Shown: positions 30,109 through 40,438, counted from the stretch's first letter. The stretch: 64,000 bases of DNA from Candidatus Latescibacterota bacterium (GCA_965237675.1 OZ250150.1:4160001-4224000); one strand, 5' to 3'. The notes: generated from the sequence alone by a model not told the origin. Numbers and translations are program-made.

Positions 30109-31419
30109 ATGAAAATCGAACTCAACGGCGTGAATTATCGCCTTCCCGAAGTTTCCGTCGTTGTCGTCTGTGTCGACGGTGGCGACCCGGAGTACTTTAG
30201 GGCGGCGCGGAAAGCCGGGGCGATTCCCACGATTGCGCATTTCATGGAAGCCGGGTACAGCGGCACCGCCCACTGCGTCATTCCGAGCTTTACGTGTCCC
30301 AATAACCTTTCCATCGCCACGGGCGCCCCGCCCGACGTGCACGGGATATCGGGCAATTTCTACCTGGACCGGCGGACTGGCAAGACCGTACCCATGACGG
30401 GCCCGGAGATGATGCGTTCACGTTCGATCTTCGACGTCGTTTCAAAGGCCGGCATCGAAACTGCCGTCATCACCGCCAAGGACAAACTCCGCAGACAACT
30501 CGGCAGGGGAATGGATGTCGGCAGTGGCAACGTCTGTTTCTCTTCCCAATGCGCAGACCGCTGCACGCTCAAGGAGAACGGTATTCACGATGCGCTCGGC
30601 TGGGTCGGCCGGCCATTGCCCGACATGTACTCCGATGCGCTGTCGCTGTTCGTGCTCGATGCCGGCATCCGGTTTCTCGAAAAAGACAGCCGACCGCGAC
30701 TGGCGTACCTGTCGCTCACGGATTACGTCCAGCACAAGTACCCGCCGGATCATCCGGCGGCCCTGGATTTCTATCGATCGCTCGACCGGCGGTGCGCGGA
30801 ACTCGACCGCCTCGGTGCGACCGTGGCTCTGGTGGCCGATCACGGCATGAAAGACAAATGCGCCCCGGACGGAACGTACAATATCATCTATCTTCAGGAT
30901 CTGCTGGACAGGCGTTTCGGTCCGGAAAAAACGCGTGTCATCTGTCCGATCACCGACGCTTTCGTGGGGCATCATGGCGCTTTGGGGGGATTTGTGCGGG
31001 TGTACTGCTTCGACACCCTGAAGGTCAGCGACTCGATTCGCTTTATGGAATCGATCGAAGGGATCGAAGCAGTCATAGAGCGCGCAGACGCGGCGGCCCG
31101 TTTCAATCTTCCTGTCGATGTCGAGGGCGACGCGGTCGTGATCGCCGCTGACGCGTTCTGTGTCGGCATGACGCCGGGCGATCACGACCTTGAAGGTCTG
31201 CACGGGGAGCGCCTGCGTTCACACGGCGGCCTCTCGGAGCGGGAGGTGCCTTTCATCCTCAACCGCCCGCTCAACGGGGAATACCTGGCGCGCGCAGCGT
31301 CGGAACAACTGATGAATTACCACATATTTGAATTTGCGTTGAACGGCGTTATATGCGATGGCGAGTACATTGCCCAAGGTAGTACGCCGGTTTGCGACAT
31401 CCGACGACGAACCGATTGA
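30109..31419 (+). CDS. phnA: Phosphonoacetate hydrolase (alkaline phosphatase superfamily)
   Basis: IPSFTCPNNLSIATG, HGISGN, TAKDKLR, TDYVQHK, ADHGM, HHGALG, RSHGG; ATG at 30109. Confidence 0.88.
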   Translation: MKIELNGVNYRLPEVSVVVVCVDGGDPEYFRAARKAGAIPTIAHFMEAGYSGTAHCVIPSFTCPNNLSIATGAPPDVHGISGNFYLDRRTGKTVPMTGPEMMRSRSIFDVVSKAGIETAVITAKDKLRRQLGRGMDVGSGNVCFSSQCADRCTLKENGIHDALGWVGRPLPDMYSDALSLFVLDAGIRFLEKDSRPRLAYLSLTDYVQHKYPPDHPAALDFYRSLDRRCAELDRLGATVALVADHGMKDKCAPDGTYNIIYLQDLLDRRFGPEKTRVICPITDAFVGHHGALGGFVRVYCFDTLKVSDSIRFMESIEGIEAVIERADAAARFNLPVDVEGDAVVIAADAFCVGMTPGDHDLEGLHGERLRSHGGLSEREVPFILNRPLNGEYLARAASEQLMNYHIFEFALNGVICDGEYIAQGSTPVCDIRRRTD

Positions 31420-31820
31420 GCTTGTCAACCGTGAACGGCACGGCCAACGGGTTTTGTTGGTGCTGTGAGTGACCATCTTGGTCAGATTTTCGAGCAATTC
31501 TCCGCAAAAAAACGAATTGGATATTGGTAGGACAAATCCAACAGGAGTCACGGTGAAGAAGCGGATGGGAGAGAAAACCGAACCATTAGGTTTGCCTATC
31601 GAAAGGCAGTACAAAGATCGCAAAGGAATATATCCAGGTCTGGGTCAAGTCCTAAATTTCCTGTAAAATCGTCTACCGGAGGGAAGACCTCCCTTCAGTC
31701 GGCAGCGTCGGCGAGCGCATCTGAAGTTTTCGATCCTTCTAACGGGCTTATATCGAGATAGCATCGCTAGAGAGCCACTGTATTGGCGAAACCTGCGTCA
31801 CGTAGGAATCGCATACTCGG

Positions 31821-33119
31821 TCATATTTCTGTCGGGAATTTATCGACCGCCAACTGCATGTCATCCAGAACTTGCTTTCGTCGAGCTAGCGTCTCATGCC
31901 ATTCTTGTGCCTCTCTATCCTTGAAGAAATCGGCGTCTGGTGAAAGTCTACCTACGGCGCCTTCGACTTCCTCAAGGCTTACTCTAAAGAACTCCTTCCT
32001 CATATTGACAGCGTTGATGCGTCGAATAGAAAACTCTTTATGCAATGCAGCTTCCAGTTTGGGAGCTTCATCGGAGTAAATCATTGCGTGGGTGTCAAAG
32101 CGAAAGGGAACACTAGCATCACCAAGCTCTCTAACGCGGTCATCTGGGTCTACTCGTCTGGTCAAACCGATCTTGACTACGTCTTGGCCAAAGGAGCCGA
32201 TATTGGAAATTACATATACATATCCAGATGTTGTCATCTCCGCCATCGACCTCGCCCGATCGCTGGTGGCGCGTGCCTGTGCTAGCGAATCTTCAAGTTC
32301 AGCAATTCGCTTTTCATCGACACCCACTTCTTTTCGCGCCTTTTCCAATAAAATTCGGTATTTTCGCTCTTCTTCCTCGGCGACCTTCGCATCTGCTAAG
32401 AGTTTTCTTTCCTCGCGTTCCGCCCGTGCAAGTTCGGCGCGTTCGTCCTTTTCGTTCTTTAGCTGTTCACGGTATTCGTGCGTCAAATGTAGTTCGTCAA
32501 GTTTGAGTTTAACGTATGATTCATTTATCGTGATTTGAAGAGATGCGTTGGCGTTGTCGATTTGTTTGGTGGCGTTGAGGATACGCTTTTCCAATGCTTT
32601 GACATTATTCCAACGTGTATTTGCGATCGCCGCTGTGCACTCGCCATTGAAGGCGCGCAATGATAGACGCACTTGACGATTGACTAGAGTCTTCCCTTTA
32701 GATGAGCTTCCATCAAGAGTTACATCCTCCGGACAAATCGTCGCTGTTTTAGCCGACACCATTTTCTTCTGCGACGCTCTGATCTTCTTTATCTTTCTCT
32801 TGTAAGTCTCACTATCGCTATAGTCGAAATGAGGCTCATATACGCCAAACTGAGCAAATGAGATACGCTCATCATATACTGCAACCTCTTGTTCGAGATC
32901 TTCTAGCAAGCTTCGTTTTTCTGAGTATGTAGATCGTGTGACCTCTATCTCTTGCTGGATTTTATCAGCCTCATTCTTAAGTCGATCTACCTCTGCCTCC
33001 ATTGATATCACCGGGGAAAACTTGGAAATGAGCTTCTTAAGCTCTGATTTTGATTTCAACCAAATAACGAAAAACAAGATCATCAGAAGGAAACTTAGAA
33101 ACATCCATAGGTCGTACAT
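31821..33119 (-). CDS. Membrane-anchored DUF4041 plus T5orf172 (GIY-YIG-like) domain protein
   Basis: N-terminal TM helix, coiled coil, LRAFNGEC, GYVYVISNIGSFG..VVKIGLTRR, ELGDASVPFRFD, RKEFF; visibly AT-richer DNA than the flanks. Confidence 0.85.
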   Translation of the reverse strand: MYDLWMFLSFLLMILFFVIWLKSKSELKKLISKFSPVISMEAEVDRLKNEADKIQQEIEVTRSTYSEKRSLLEDLEQEVAVYDERISFAQFGVYEPHFDYSDSETYKRKIKKIRASQKKMVSAKTATICPEDVTLDGSSSKGKTLVNRQVRLSLRAFNGECTAAIANTRWNNVKALEKRILNATKQIDNANASLQITINESYVKLKLDELHLTHEYREQLKNEKDERAELARAEREERKLLADAKVAEEEERKYRILLEKARKEVGVDEKRIAELEDSLAQARATSDRARSMAEMTTSGYVYVISNIGSFGQDVVKIGLTRRVDPDDRVRELGDASVPFRFDTHAMIYSDEAPKLEAALHKEFSIRRINAVNMRKEFFRVSLEEVEGAVGRLSPDADFFKDREAQEWHETLARRKQVLDDMQLAVDKFPTEI

Positions 33120-33254
33120 TTGCTTTGCCCTTCCTACTTGTTTCCCCTTTACGGAGAGTGGTGAGCGATAAGCCTATCGTGGGAAGAATCGTTAGTGATT
33201 GGCTCGACCCGCCGTGCGGGTCTTCTTCAGTTCCAACTAAATCATAACACTTTC

Positions 33255-33440
33255 AGGACACGGGCATCAACACGTACAGAATGTCCAACTTCGCCTGCTG
33301 CTTCTCTCAAACACATAATTGGCCGGGAGTAATTTGGTACCAGCGACAGATTTCGCCGATCGTTACATCGGTATCGCGTAATAACTTCAGGATGCACAAC
33401 TTGCCTTCCTCGCTGCAGGTTCGGTGATCCTTATTCGTAG
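33255..33440 (-). mobile_element. Degenerate IS transposase OrfA (HTH) remnant
   Basis: Minus-strand frame RTCSEEGKLCILKLLRDTDVTIGEICRWYQITPGQLCV*EKQ resembles an IS3-type HTH; TGA sits at the conserved Trp position. Confidence 0.5.
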
Positions 33441-33605
33441 ATGGGCGGCACCACCCTACCCACAATTTACTCTTGTCTGACGAGGTTAGAAAACGGAAAA
33501 TCTTACTCCCAATGATTGCTTACCTGTGGCACTCAAATTTTAGCTACGCATCACTCACATAATCTTTTATCAAGATTCCGTTGTTGTCGACGAGGAGATT
33601 AGACA

Positions 33606-33972
33606 ATGGGTACATGCCGACGACGTACTGGCGCTTCCGGTTGAAGACATCGACAGAGCTTCAACGTGGTATTGTAACGCGTTCGGGTTCAACGAAGTAA
33701 ATCGACATAGTGATCCGGTTCCAACAGTCGTGCTCGAACGGGACGGCGTCCGGATCGGATTCGCCGTCAATGGCGGCGACCCGGGACAGGAAGGCGCCGC
33801 CATCCGGGTTTCCGATATTCACAGAGCGCGACGGGAGTTGGAAGCCAGGGGGATCCAGACCGGTAATTGGCGCGTCGACGAGAGAGATGCACAGAAGTTC
33901 CAGGTGTTTTTCGTCGTCGCTCCGGACGCCCTCTGCTATTATTTCCACCAGCCGATCGAAAACGCAGACTGA
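33606..33972 (+). pseudogene. VOC/glyoxalase family protein with a damaged 5' end
   Basis: The frame of track ORF 33730 extends upstream as DDVLALPVEDIDRASTWYCNAFGF with no in-frame ATG/GTG/TTG. The GAGGAG-preceded ATG at 33606 is out of frame. Confidence 0.6.
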
Positions 33973-33977
33973 AAATA

Positions 33978-34008
33978 AGAAGCCGGACCCCCCGGGGCCC
34001 GGCTTTCT
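33978..34008. terminator. Probable bidirectional terminator
   Basis: AAGCCGG...CCGGCTT GC-rich stem between convergent genes, with A/T flanks. Confidence 0.6.
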
Positions 34009-34050
34009 GTACTGTCACCCTTCAGCGAAAGAGGATGTCGGGGCGATCGC

Positions 34051-34746
34051 TTATCGTCCCTTCTTCCTCTTTTTCTCCTTCCAGGCGAAGGACTTGGGGA
34101 TGTAAGCGGCAGCATCCGGCGTCTTGCAGTTCGTTACACCGTGGTCCACCTCCACGGGGCCGATCCGCTTCGCGGCCGCAATCGCCCGATCGCGATACGT
34201 CGCGTTATACGTCCCGATTGCAATCAGCGCGTTGTTCATCGCATAGCGGACGCGGTTCGGTTGGCTGTAAATTTGCGACTCGATCTTCTCCAGACAGACG
34301 TCCAGGAGTTCCTCATTGACATCGTCGTGGTCGTTCAGGACCATCTCCGTAAAGGTGTTCCAGCCCGCGGTTGCGACCCACTCTCCTCGTCTGGATGTCC
34401 ATTTCCTGAAACGGGCCACGCCGGTCGGCGCTGCGCTGGCCAGCGTTCCCAACTCCCCAGCCAGGATGGAATTGTCGATTTCGCACGCCCAGAGGTCGAG
34501 TCGGGAAGCGTTCATCTTCGAGGGATCGGCGACACGTGCGGCCAGCGCCCGCGCGTCGTGATTGCCCGTGGCCCACAACGCCTGGGCGAGTTGTTGGTCC
34601 CGTTTGATCCGCCGAACCAGCTTGTTCAGGTTGGCATAGCTGACGCCATACATCGGCAGGTTGACCCCATGGCGCGCGTAGACCTTACGGTTCTGCGAAG
34701 TACCCAGTTCTTCCAGCGCTGTGAGTGTTTCGTCGAGCGTCATCAT
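34051..34746 (-). CDS. DNA alkylation repair protein (AlkD-like)
   Basis: YGVSYANL, LAQALWATGNHDAR, RYAMNNALIAIG, VEVDHGVTNCKTPDA. Confidence 0.85.
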   Translation of the reverse strand: MMTLDETLTALEELGTSQNRKVYARHGVNLPMYGVSYANLNKLVRRIKRDQQLAQALWATGNHDARALAARVADPSKMNASRLDLWACEIDNSILAGELGTLASAAPTGVARFRKWTSRRGEWVATAGWNTFTEMVLNDHDDVNEELLDVCLEKIESQIYSQPNRVRYAMNNALIAIGTYNATYRDRAIAAAKRIGPVEVDHGVTNCKTPDAAAYIPKSFAWKEKKRKKGR

Positions 34747-34791
34747 TTCCTCATATGGCTGGCAATTCGAGACCCTTCGATGGAAACGGCC

Positions 34792-35214
34792 TCAGTTTTC
34801 AGGATATTCGAAATTGACTTGCCACCTGATGCCGAACCTGTCGATGCACATGCCAAAATAGGCCCCCCAGAAAGCGACTTCCATTGGCATCACCGTTGTG
34901 CCCCGCTCCGACAGGCCGGCAAACACCCGGTCGGCTTCGTCCTTTCCGTCAGGGCTGACCGTAATCGAAAAGTTGGTGCCCACATCGGGCGGGGGACCGA
35001 ACGCAGAGCATGTGTCGCTGCCCATAAGCACACTGGAACCGATCGGCAATGACACGTGCATAATCCGGTCACGTTCGCTTTCCGGGACAGACATATCCGG
35101 CGGTCCGTCGCCAAAGGTCTGGATGAACAGAAATTCTCCTCCGAATACGGAACGGTAGAACTCAAACGCTTCCCGACATTGGTTGTCGAAGGTCAAATAG
35201 GTGTTGAGTCTCAC
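34792..35214 (-). CDS. VOC family protein (PhnB/YjdN-like)
   Basis: YLTFDNQCREAFEFYRSVFGGE, IMH, LMGSD, FWGAYFGMCIDRFGIRWQV; GTG start after GGAGG. Confidence 0.88.
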   Translation of the reverse strand: MRLNTYLTFDNQCREAFEFYRSVFGGEFLFIQTFGDGPPDMSVPESERDRIMHVSLPIGSSVLMGSDTCSAFGPPPDVGTNFSITVSPDGKDEADRVFAGLSERGTTVMPMEVAFWGAYFGMCIDRFGIRWQVNFEYPEN

Positions 35215-35361
35215 AGATTCCTCCCCGGTGGTGTCTGGCAAGAGGCCCGCAACGACCGGGGACAATCGATCATGCGACCCTCCGCAAGGCGACGACGGCC
35301 CGGATTGAGGCGCCGGTTTCGCCGAAACCTTTGAAACCGTTTCGACACCGGCCCTGCCTGT

Positions 35362-36618
35362 CTACAGATACAGACCGATCATACAGCCCGTAAGCATTGT
35401 CGCGAGGGTCCCGCCCACAAGGGACCGGAGCCCTAACCGGGCCATGTCGCCACGCCTGTCGGGGGCAATCACGCCGATACCGCCAATCATGATCGCGACA
35501 GAACCGAAGTTTGCAAATCCGCACAATGCGTACGCCGTGATAACAAAGGCACGTTGATTGAGCGGGTCAGGTCCGCTCATCAGCCGAGCCAGATCCAGAT
35601 AGGCTACAAACTCGTTGAGAATCGTCTTCAAGCCCATCAGTTCGCCAACGACGCGGGCTTCGGCCCAGGTAATCCCCATCAGCCAGACGAACGGGCGAAA
35701 CAGCCAGCCGGCGGCCGCCTGCAGGCTCCAGCCGCTGGGCCCGGCGTTGACCAACACGTCTATTTTGCCGATGACGAGGTTGGCAAGGGCGACGAGGCCA
35801 ATGAAGGCGATGAGCATGGCGAGGATGTTGATTACCATGCGCATGCCGTCAGAGGCGCCGCGAGCCGCGGCGTCGAGACCGTTCAGCGTATCGTCGCGCG
35901 GGAGTTCCACCTGCCTGCGTGACGTGACGGGCTCGCCGGTCTCCGGGATCATGAGTTTCGCCACCGCAATCGCCGCCGGAGCGCTGATCAGAGAAGCCGT
36001 GAACAGATGGCCGGCGATGTCCGGATGGGCGGAGCCCAGAATGGTGGCGTATATCACCATCACGGTACCCGCAATCGTGGCCATACCCACGGTCATCAGA
36101 CAAAACAGCTCGCTCTCGGTCATGCGGTTCACATAGGGTCTTATGAGCAGCGGGGATTCCGTCATACCCAGAAACACGTTGCCCGCGGATCCGACGCTCT
36201 CGGCTGAACTGAGACCGAGCAACTTCTGCATAGCCGCACTCACCCGACCAATTATCCAGGGCAGGATCCGGTAGTGGTAGAGCATACGCGAGACTGCGGC
36301 CACAAAGATCAGTATTGAGGCGATTTCCAGGGCCACCACGGGGCCGTATTGTTTCGTGAATTCTGGGTTTGAAATACCCGAGAAAAGCAGCGACTCGTTG
36401 GCCTTCAGCGCTGCCACACGCAGCATGTCCGTCAGGGCGCCGACGACGCCGAAGACGTAATGCCGCAGCCCCGTCTGAACGAGGATGCCGGTCAGCAGCA
36501 GCTGCAGACCACTGGCAACCGCGATCGTCTTCCAGGGGATTCGCGTCGTGCGCCGGCCCAGCGACCAGGCAATGGCCAGCAGCACGACATATCCGATGGC
36601 GCTGTGCAGCAACGTCAC
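35362..36618 (-). CDS. Concentrative nucleoside transporter (CNT/NupC family)
   Basis: FLGMTES, GMATIAG, KTILNEFVAY, YALCGFANFGS. Confidence 0.92.
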   Translation of the reverse strand: MTLLHSAIGYVVLLAIAWSLGRRTTRIPWKTIAVASGLQLLLTGILVQTGLRHYVFGVVGALTDMLRVAALKANESLLFSGISNPEFTKQYGPVVALEIASILIFVAAVSRMLYHYRILPWIIGRVSAAMQKLLGLSSAESVGSAGNVFLGMTESPLLIRPYVNRMTESELFCLMTVGMATIAGTVMVIYATILGSAHPDIAGHLFTASLISAPAAIAVAKLMIPETGEPVTSRRQVELPRDDTLNGLDAAARGASDGMRMVINILAMLIAFIGLVALANLVIGKIDVLVNAGPSGWSLQAAAGWLFRPFVWLMGITWAEARVVGELMGLKTILNEFVAYLDLARLMSGPDPLNQRAFVITAYALCGFANFGSVAIMIGGIGVIAPDRRGDMARLGLRSLVGGTLATMLTGCMIGLYL

Positions 36619-36775
36619 CGCCTATCTCCTGTTGGGAACGGGGGTCTGGAGGACGGTGCAGGACATGAAAAGCCGGTCGGGGCACCGCCTGACACCTCAG
36701 GCCGAAAAATACCCGAAAATGGAGAGACCGTCAAGCGTATTCCCCCCCGATAGCGCGTCGTTGGCCTGGTATCAC

Positions 36776-36804
36776 TTGACAAGAATGAGTGAAATCCCTA
36801 TTGT
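36776..36804 (+). promoter_or_regulatory. Putative sigma70 promoter for gmd
   Basis: TTGACA-N17-TATTGT. Confidence 0.6.
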
Positions 36805-36957
36805 TGAGTTTGCTGTCTCGGTCTGGTCGCGGGGTCAGTCGACCTGTGTCGGATTTGCCATCCATACCGATACAAATCAACCGAAATACGATGGAAATGC
36901 CACACGCCCTCCGTTCCGTTCCAACGCCGTCCGGGATCCTAAACCGACGAGGTATCC

Positions 36958-38031
36958 GTGCCGTCTGATACGCCGGAAAAAACCGCTCTGATCACTGGAA
37001 TCACCGGTCAGGACGGTTCCTATCTCGCAGAATACCTGATCGGAAAAGGTTACGTTGTGCACGGCATCATACGCCGGGCTTCGCTGTTCAATACGGATCG
37101 GATCGATCACCTCTTTGCGGACCCTCATGAGCCGGACCGGCGGATGATCCTGCACTATGGAGACCTCACCGATACGACCAGTCTGATTCGGATCATTCAG
37201 CAAGTACGCCCGCGTGAAATCTACAATCTCGGCGCGCAGAGTCACGTGGCGGTGTCCTTTGAGACTCCGGAATATACAGCGAAGGTGGCGGCGCTGGGGG
37301 CGCTCCATCTGCTCGAAGCCATCCGCATTTGCGGTCTTTCGGATCGAACGCGCTTCTACCAGGCATCGAGTTCGGAAATGTTCGGCAAGGCGACCGAGAC
37401 ACCCCAGAGGGAATCGACTCCGTTTTATCCCCGGTCGCCCTACGCCGTGGCCAAGGTGTACGCCTATTGGATCACGGTGAATTACCGCGAAGCGTATGAC
37501 ATTTTCGCCTGCAACGGTATCCTGTTCAACCACGAGTCTCCAGTACGCGGCGAGACGTTCGTAACCCGGAAGATCACCCGGCGGCTGGCCCGCGTAAAAG
37601 CCGGTCTGGACGAATGCGTTTACCTGGGCAATCTCGACGCACGGCGAGATTGGGGTCACGCCCGGGACTATGTCCGCGCCCAATGGCTGATGCTCCAACA
37701 GTCCAGGCCCGACGACTATGTCATCGCGTCGGGGCACCAGCATTCGGTGCGCGCATTTGTGAATCTCGCCGCTGAATACCTGGGTCTGGAATTAGAGTGG
37801 CGCGGACAGGGAGCCGACGAAGTCGCGCGCAATACAGCGACGGGGAGGGCTGTCGTGCGCATCGACAGGAGGTACTTTCGGCCGACCGAAGCCCATTCAC
37901 TTCTGGGTGATGCGTCGAAAGCGCACAACCAACTCGGCTGGCGTCCAGAGACTAGCTTCAGAGATCTGGTTCGGGAAATGGTTGAGGCCGACCGGCGCCT
38001 GGCCGAGCGCGAGGCGTCTGCGCAGCCCTGA
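36958..38031 (+). CDS. gmd: GDP-mannose 4,6-dehydratase
   Basis: [59 protein letters not shown]. Confidence 0.97.
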   Translation: MPSDTPEKTALITGITGQDGSYLAEYLIGKGYVVHGIIRRASLFNTDRIDHLFADPHEPDRRMILHYGDLTDTTSLIRIIQQVRPREIYNLGAQSHVAVSFETPEYTAKVAALGALHLLEAIRICGLSDRTRFYQASSSEMFGKATETPQRESTPFYPRSPYAVAKVYAYWITVNYREAYDIFACNGILFNHESPVRGETFVTRKITRRLARVKAGLDECVYLGNLDARRDWGHARDYVRAQWLMLQQSRPDDYVIASGHQHSVRAFVNLAAEYLGLELEWRGQGADEVARNTATGRAVVRIDRRYFRPTEAHSLLGDASKAHNQLGWRPETSFRDLVREMVEADRRLAEREASAQP

Positions 38032-38107
38032 CTGTTGATTGCCACCTTCCGGACGGTCCCGTTAGACCCCGCGTTCCCTGACCTCCAGAGCAGATCACCC
38101 TACACCG

Positions 38108-39424
38108 ATGAAGGCCAAGACAGAGAGATCGGTCAGATCCATGGGCGACACAACGCTATTCGATGCTTCATACGAAAAACGCAAGAAACCGTTGCTTAAA
38201 CAGGTGCTGGAGCAGCTGTATCCCATATACTCTCCGGAAGAGCGTGAGGTCATTCGCATCGATTCCATCAGCAGGGTCCTGCTCTCACGTCCTTCGGGGC
38301 GGGGCTTTGTCAACCGGGATATCCTCGAAACCGTCCTGGGCAACCTGCTCGAATGCGCGGCCCCCGGTTCACACAACGTTCAGGCAGCCGGTCCCTCGGA
38401 CAGCCTTGAGGATGAAATCGGAGAGATCGCCGACCAGATCTATGCCATGATCGCGCAGTCGTTCCTGGCAGCGGAAGGAAACGGCAGAGATATCGAAACG
38501 CCAGCCCTTGAAGCCACCTTTGCGCTGCTGGCGGAACTGCCGCGCCTCAAGAGCCGCGTCCTTTGGAACCGATTCGCTTCGCTCAAGGATCCGGCCGTAT
38601 GGGATGCGTATATCGTGACCCAAAAACCAACCTGTATGGACATGCTGGCGGACATTGACCACGGCCCGGTGCTGGACAGCGCAATCGATGGACGTGATTT
38701 CGCACCCTATCGAGAGTTTCTGAAGACCCGGGATCTGGACTTTGCATTCGACTACCTCATGCAACTCGTCATCAGCACCTACCCCGGCTGGCGGGTGCTC
38801 TTCTACCACGACGTGGCCCACGCCCTCACGAGATCCGGCCCGATTGAGGGCCTTCCATGTATTGAACGGCTTCCAGTCCCGCTTCTGCCACGCGCCATAT
38901 CTGAACTGGGCGGCCGGTATTACCAGGCCGACCTGCATCCCGAGACCGTGATCGGCGACGCCAACTTCCTGGATCATCCGCACCGGGGTCTGACAACCGG
39001 CCAGACCGGTGTGATCGGCTCCGGATGTTACATCTATCCATGCACGATGGGTGGTCTCAGTGGCAAGGTCAGGCATCGGCATCCTGAAATCGGGGATCAC
39101 GTCCAGATAGGGACCGACGCCACCCTGCTGGGGCCCGTCAAGATCGGTAATCAAACGACCGTCGGTCCCAATACCCAAGTCTACGGCTATGTGCAAACCG
39201 ACACGGAATGCCGCATTGCCTCGTCGGTTGTCGTCGGTACCGTCTTGAGCGGCGAAAGGAGGCCGGGCAGAATCCGTCTGGGCAAGGGCGTTCGCGTCGG
39301 TGACGGAACCGTGATTGAAAACAGCACCGAACTCGACCTGATTATCCCCGACAAAGCCGAGATTCCGGCCCGAAGCCTCGTCATAAACGACGGCTTCGGC
39401 AATCCGCGTTTCGTGCGGGAATAA
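38108..39424 (+). CDS. Divergent serine O-acetyltransferase-like protein (CysE/EpsC, left-handed beta-helix)
   Basis: YPG..HDVAHAL, VPLLPRAISE, DLHP, LDH, GG..RHPEIGD; extended hexapeptide repeats and a long N-terminal domain. Confidence 0.7.
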   Translation: MKAKTERSVRSMGDTTLFDASYEKRKKPLLKQVLEQLYPIYSPEEREVIRIDSISRVLLSRPSGRGFVNRDILETVLGNLLECAAPGSHNVQAAGPSDSLEDEIGEIADQIYAMIAQSFLAAEGNGRDIETPALEATFALLAELPRLKSRVLWNRFASLKDPAVWDAYIVTQKPTCMDMLADIDHGPVLDSAIDGRDFAPYREFLKTRDLDFAFDYLMQLVISTYPGWRVLFYHDVAHALTRSGPIEGLPCIERLPVPLLPRAISELGGRYYQADLHPETVIGDANFLDHPHRGLTTGQTGVIGSGCYIYPCTMGGLSGKVRHRHPEIGDHVQIGTDATLLGPVKIGNQTTVGPNTQVYGYVQTDTECRIASSVVVGTVLSGERRPGRIRLGKGVRVGDGTVIENSTELDLIIPDKAEIPARSLVINDGFGNPRFVRE

Positions 39425-39457
39425 AAAAGCGGAGCGTACGTTACGGATGCTCCGCTT
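39423..39457. terminator. Terminator between convergent genes (U-tract on the minus strand)
   Basis: AAGCGGAGCGT...ATGCTCCGCTT stem preceded by an A-run. Confidence 0.65.
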
Positions 39458-39602
39458 CCTCCGGACTTCACAACCGATCGTATGGACTCCGTGCCGACCC
39501 CTTTATTTACTTTCGATTCCGACACCTGGTATCGTCACAGGCGGTTCGGCCGCGTGCGACGACCGTGCGCGGAAACGCAATCGTGATGCCTCGCTTGGCT
39601 CG

Positions 39603-40430
39603 CTACCGGGGCGCTTCTTTGCGGAACACGATATCGGCATACCATGCCGACGCCCTGCTGTCCGTATTGTCCGTATCCGTCATCAGGTAGACCCGCAGAA
39701 TCTTGCCTGGTTCCTCCCCCGGGTATCCCCTCTTGTAGTCCTCGTAAAGATTCCGCACTTCCCGCACCCACCGCTTCATCCGCCCCGGCCCGCTTTCCGC
39801 GACAATTCGCCGCCACGCCAGCTTCCAGACAAATGGGATGATCGTGGTTTCCGTTGTAAACATCGACGACTCCGGCAGTGTATTGGACCATACGTAGGCG
39901 ATCTCCCGGATGTTGTTGGTGCCCTTCTCCAGGATCGCAATCCCCAATTTCGCGCTGAAATCGTCGTCTTGCTTCTTCAACCTGCCGCCCTTATCCAGCC
40001 GCTGACGTCCGATCGTGGAATAGTCCACCTTCCAGCGCCAGGTCAAATAGGGATTCTCGGCCACATCGATCAGTGTGTCAAACCCACGCTTTCTGATTGC
40101 CTTTTCAAAGTTCCTGGGCGGCCGCTTACACTTCCCGATCCACGGATAGCGGTCCGGATCCAGCGCCATGGGACGGCCCGATCGTGTCGGGATCTGCCAT
40201 AGCAGCGCGGCAGACCCTTCGCTGACAAAGCGGACCGTATTGTTCGTATACTGGAATTTCGTCGTTGTTTTGCATTCCGCCCAATCCCTCTGCAACCACG
40301 TGCCCATGTCAACCGGCAGCCGGTCTCCTCCCACCTTTCCCATTGCAGAATCAACGCTGCCTAACCACGTGAAAATAAAGCAGACAAAACAACAAATCAT
40401 CCGGGCATCCACCATGCTGATACTTACCAC
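39603..40430 (-). CDS. DUF3047 family protein, probably exported
   Basis: PYLTWRWKV, DDFSAK, YVWS, WVREVRNLYEDYKR, LMTDTDNT; hydrophobic N-terminus. Confidence 0.8.
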   Translation of the reverse strand: MVSISMVDARMICCFVCFIFTWLGSVDSAMGKVGGDRLPVDMGTWLQRDWAECKTTTKFQYTNNTVRFVSEGSAALLWQIPTRSGRPMALDPDRYPWIGKCKRPPRNFEKAIRKRGFDTLIDVAENPYLTWRWKVDYSTIGRQRLDKGGRLKKQDDDFSAKLGIAILEKGTNNIREIAYVWSNTLPESSMFTTETTIIPFVWKLAWRRIVAESGPGRMKRWVREVRNLYEDYKRGYPGEEPGKILRVYLMTDTDNTDSRASAWYADIVFRKEAPR

Positions 40431-40438
40431 CCCTTAAA

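Noticed and set aside
31560-31640. c-di-GMP-I riboswitch-like words (GAAA loop, CGCAAAG)
   Set aside because: Stem order and the GGCAAA element do not fit the consensus.
34792-35214. phnA plus phnB-like gene as a phosphonate operon
   Set aside because: PhnB/YjdN VOC proteins are not part of phosphonoacetate catabolism; the genes are on opposite strands and separated by the islet.
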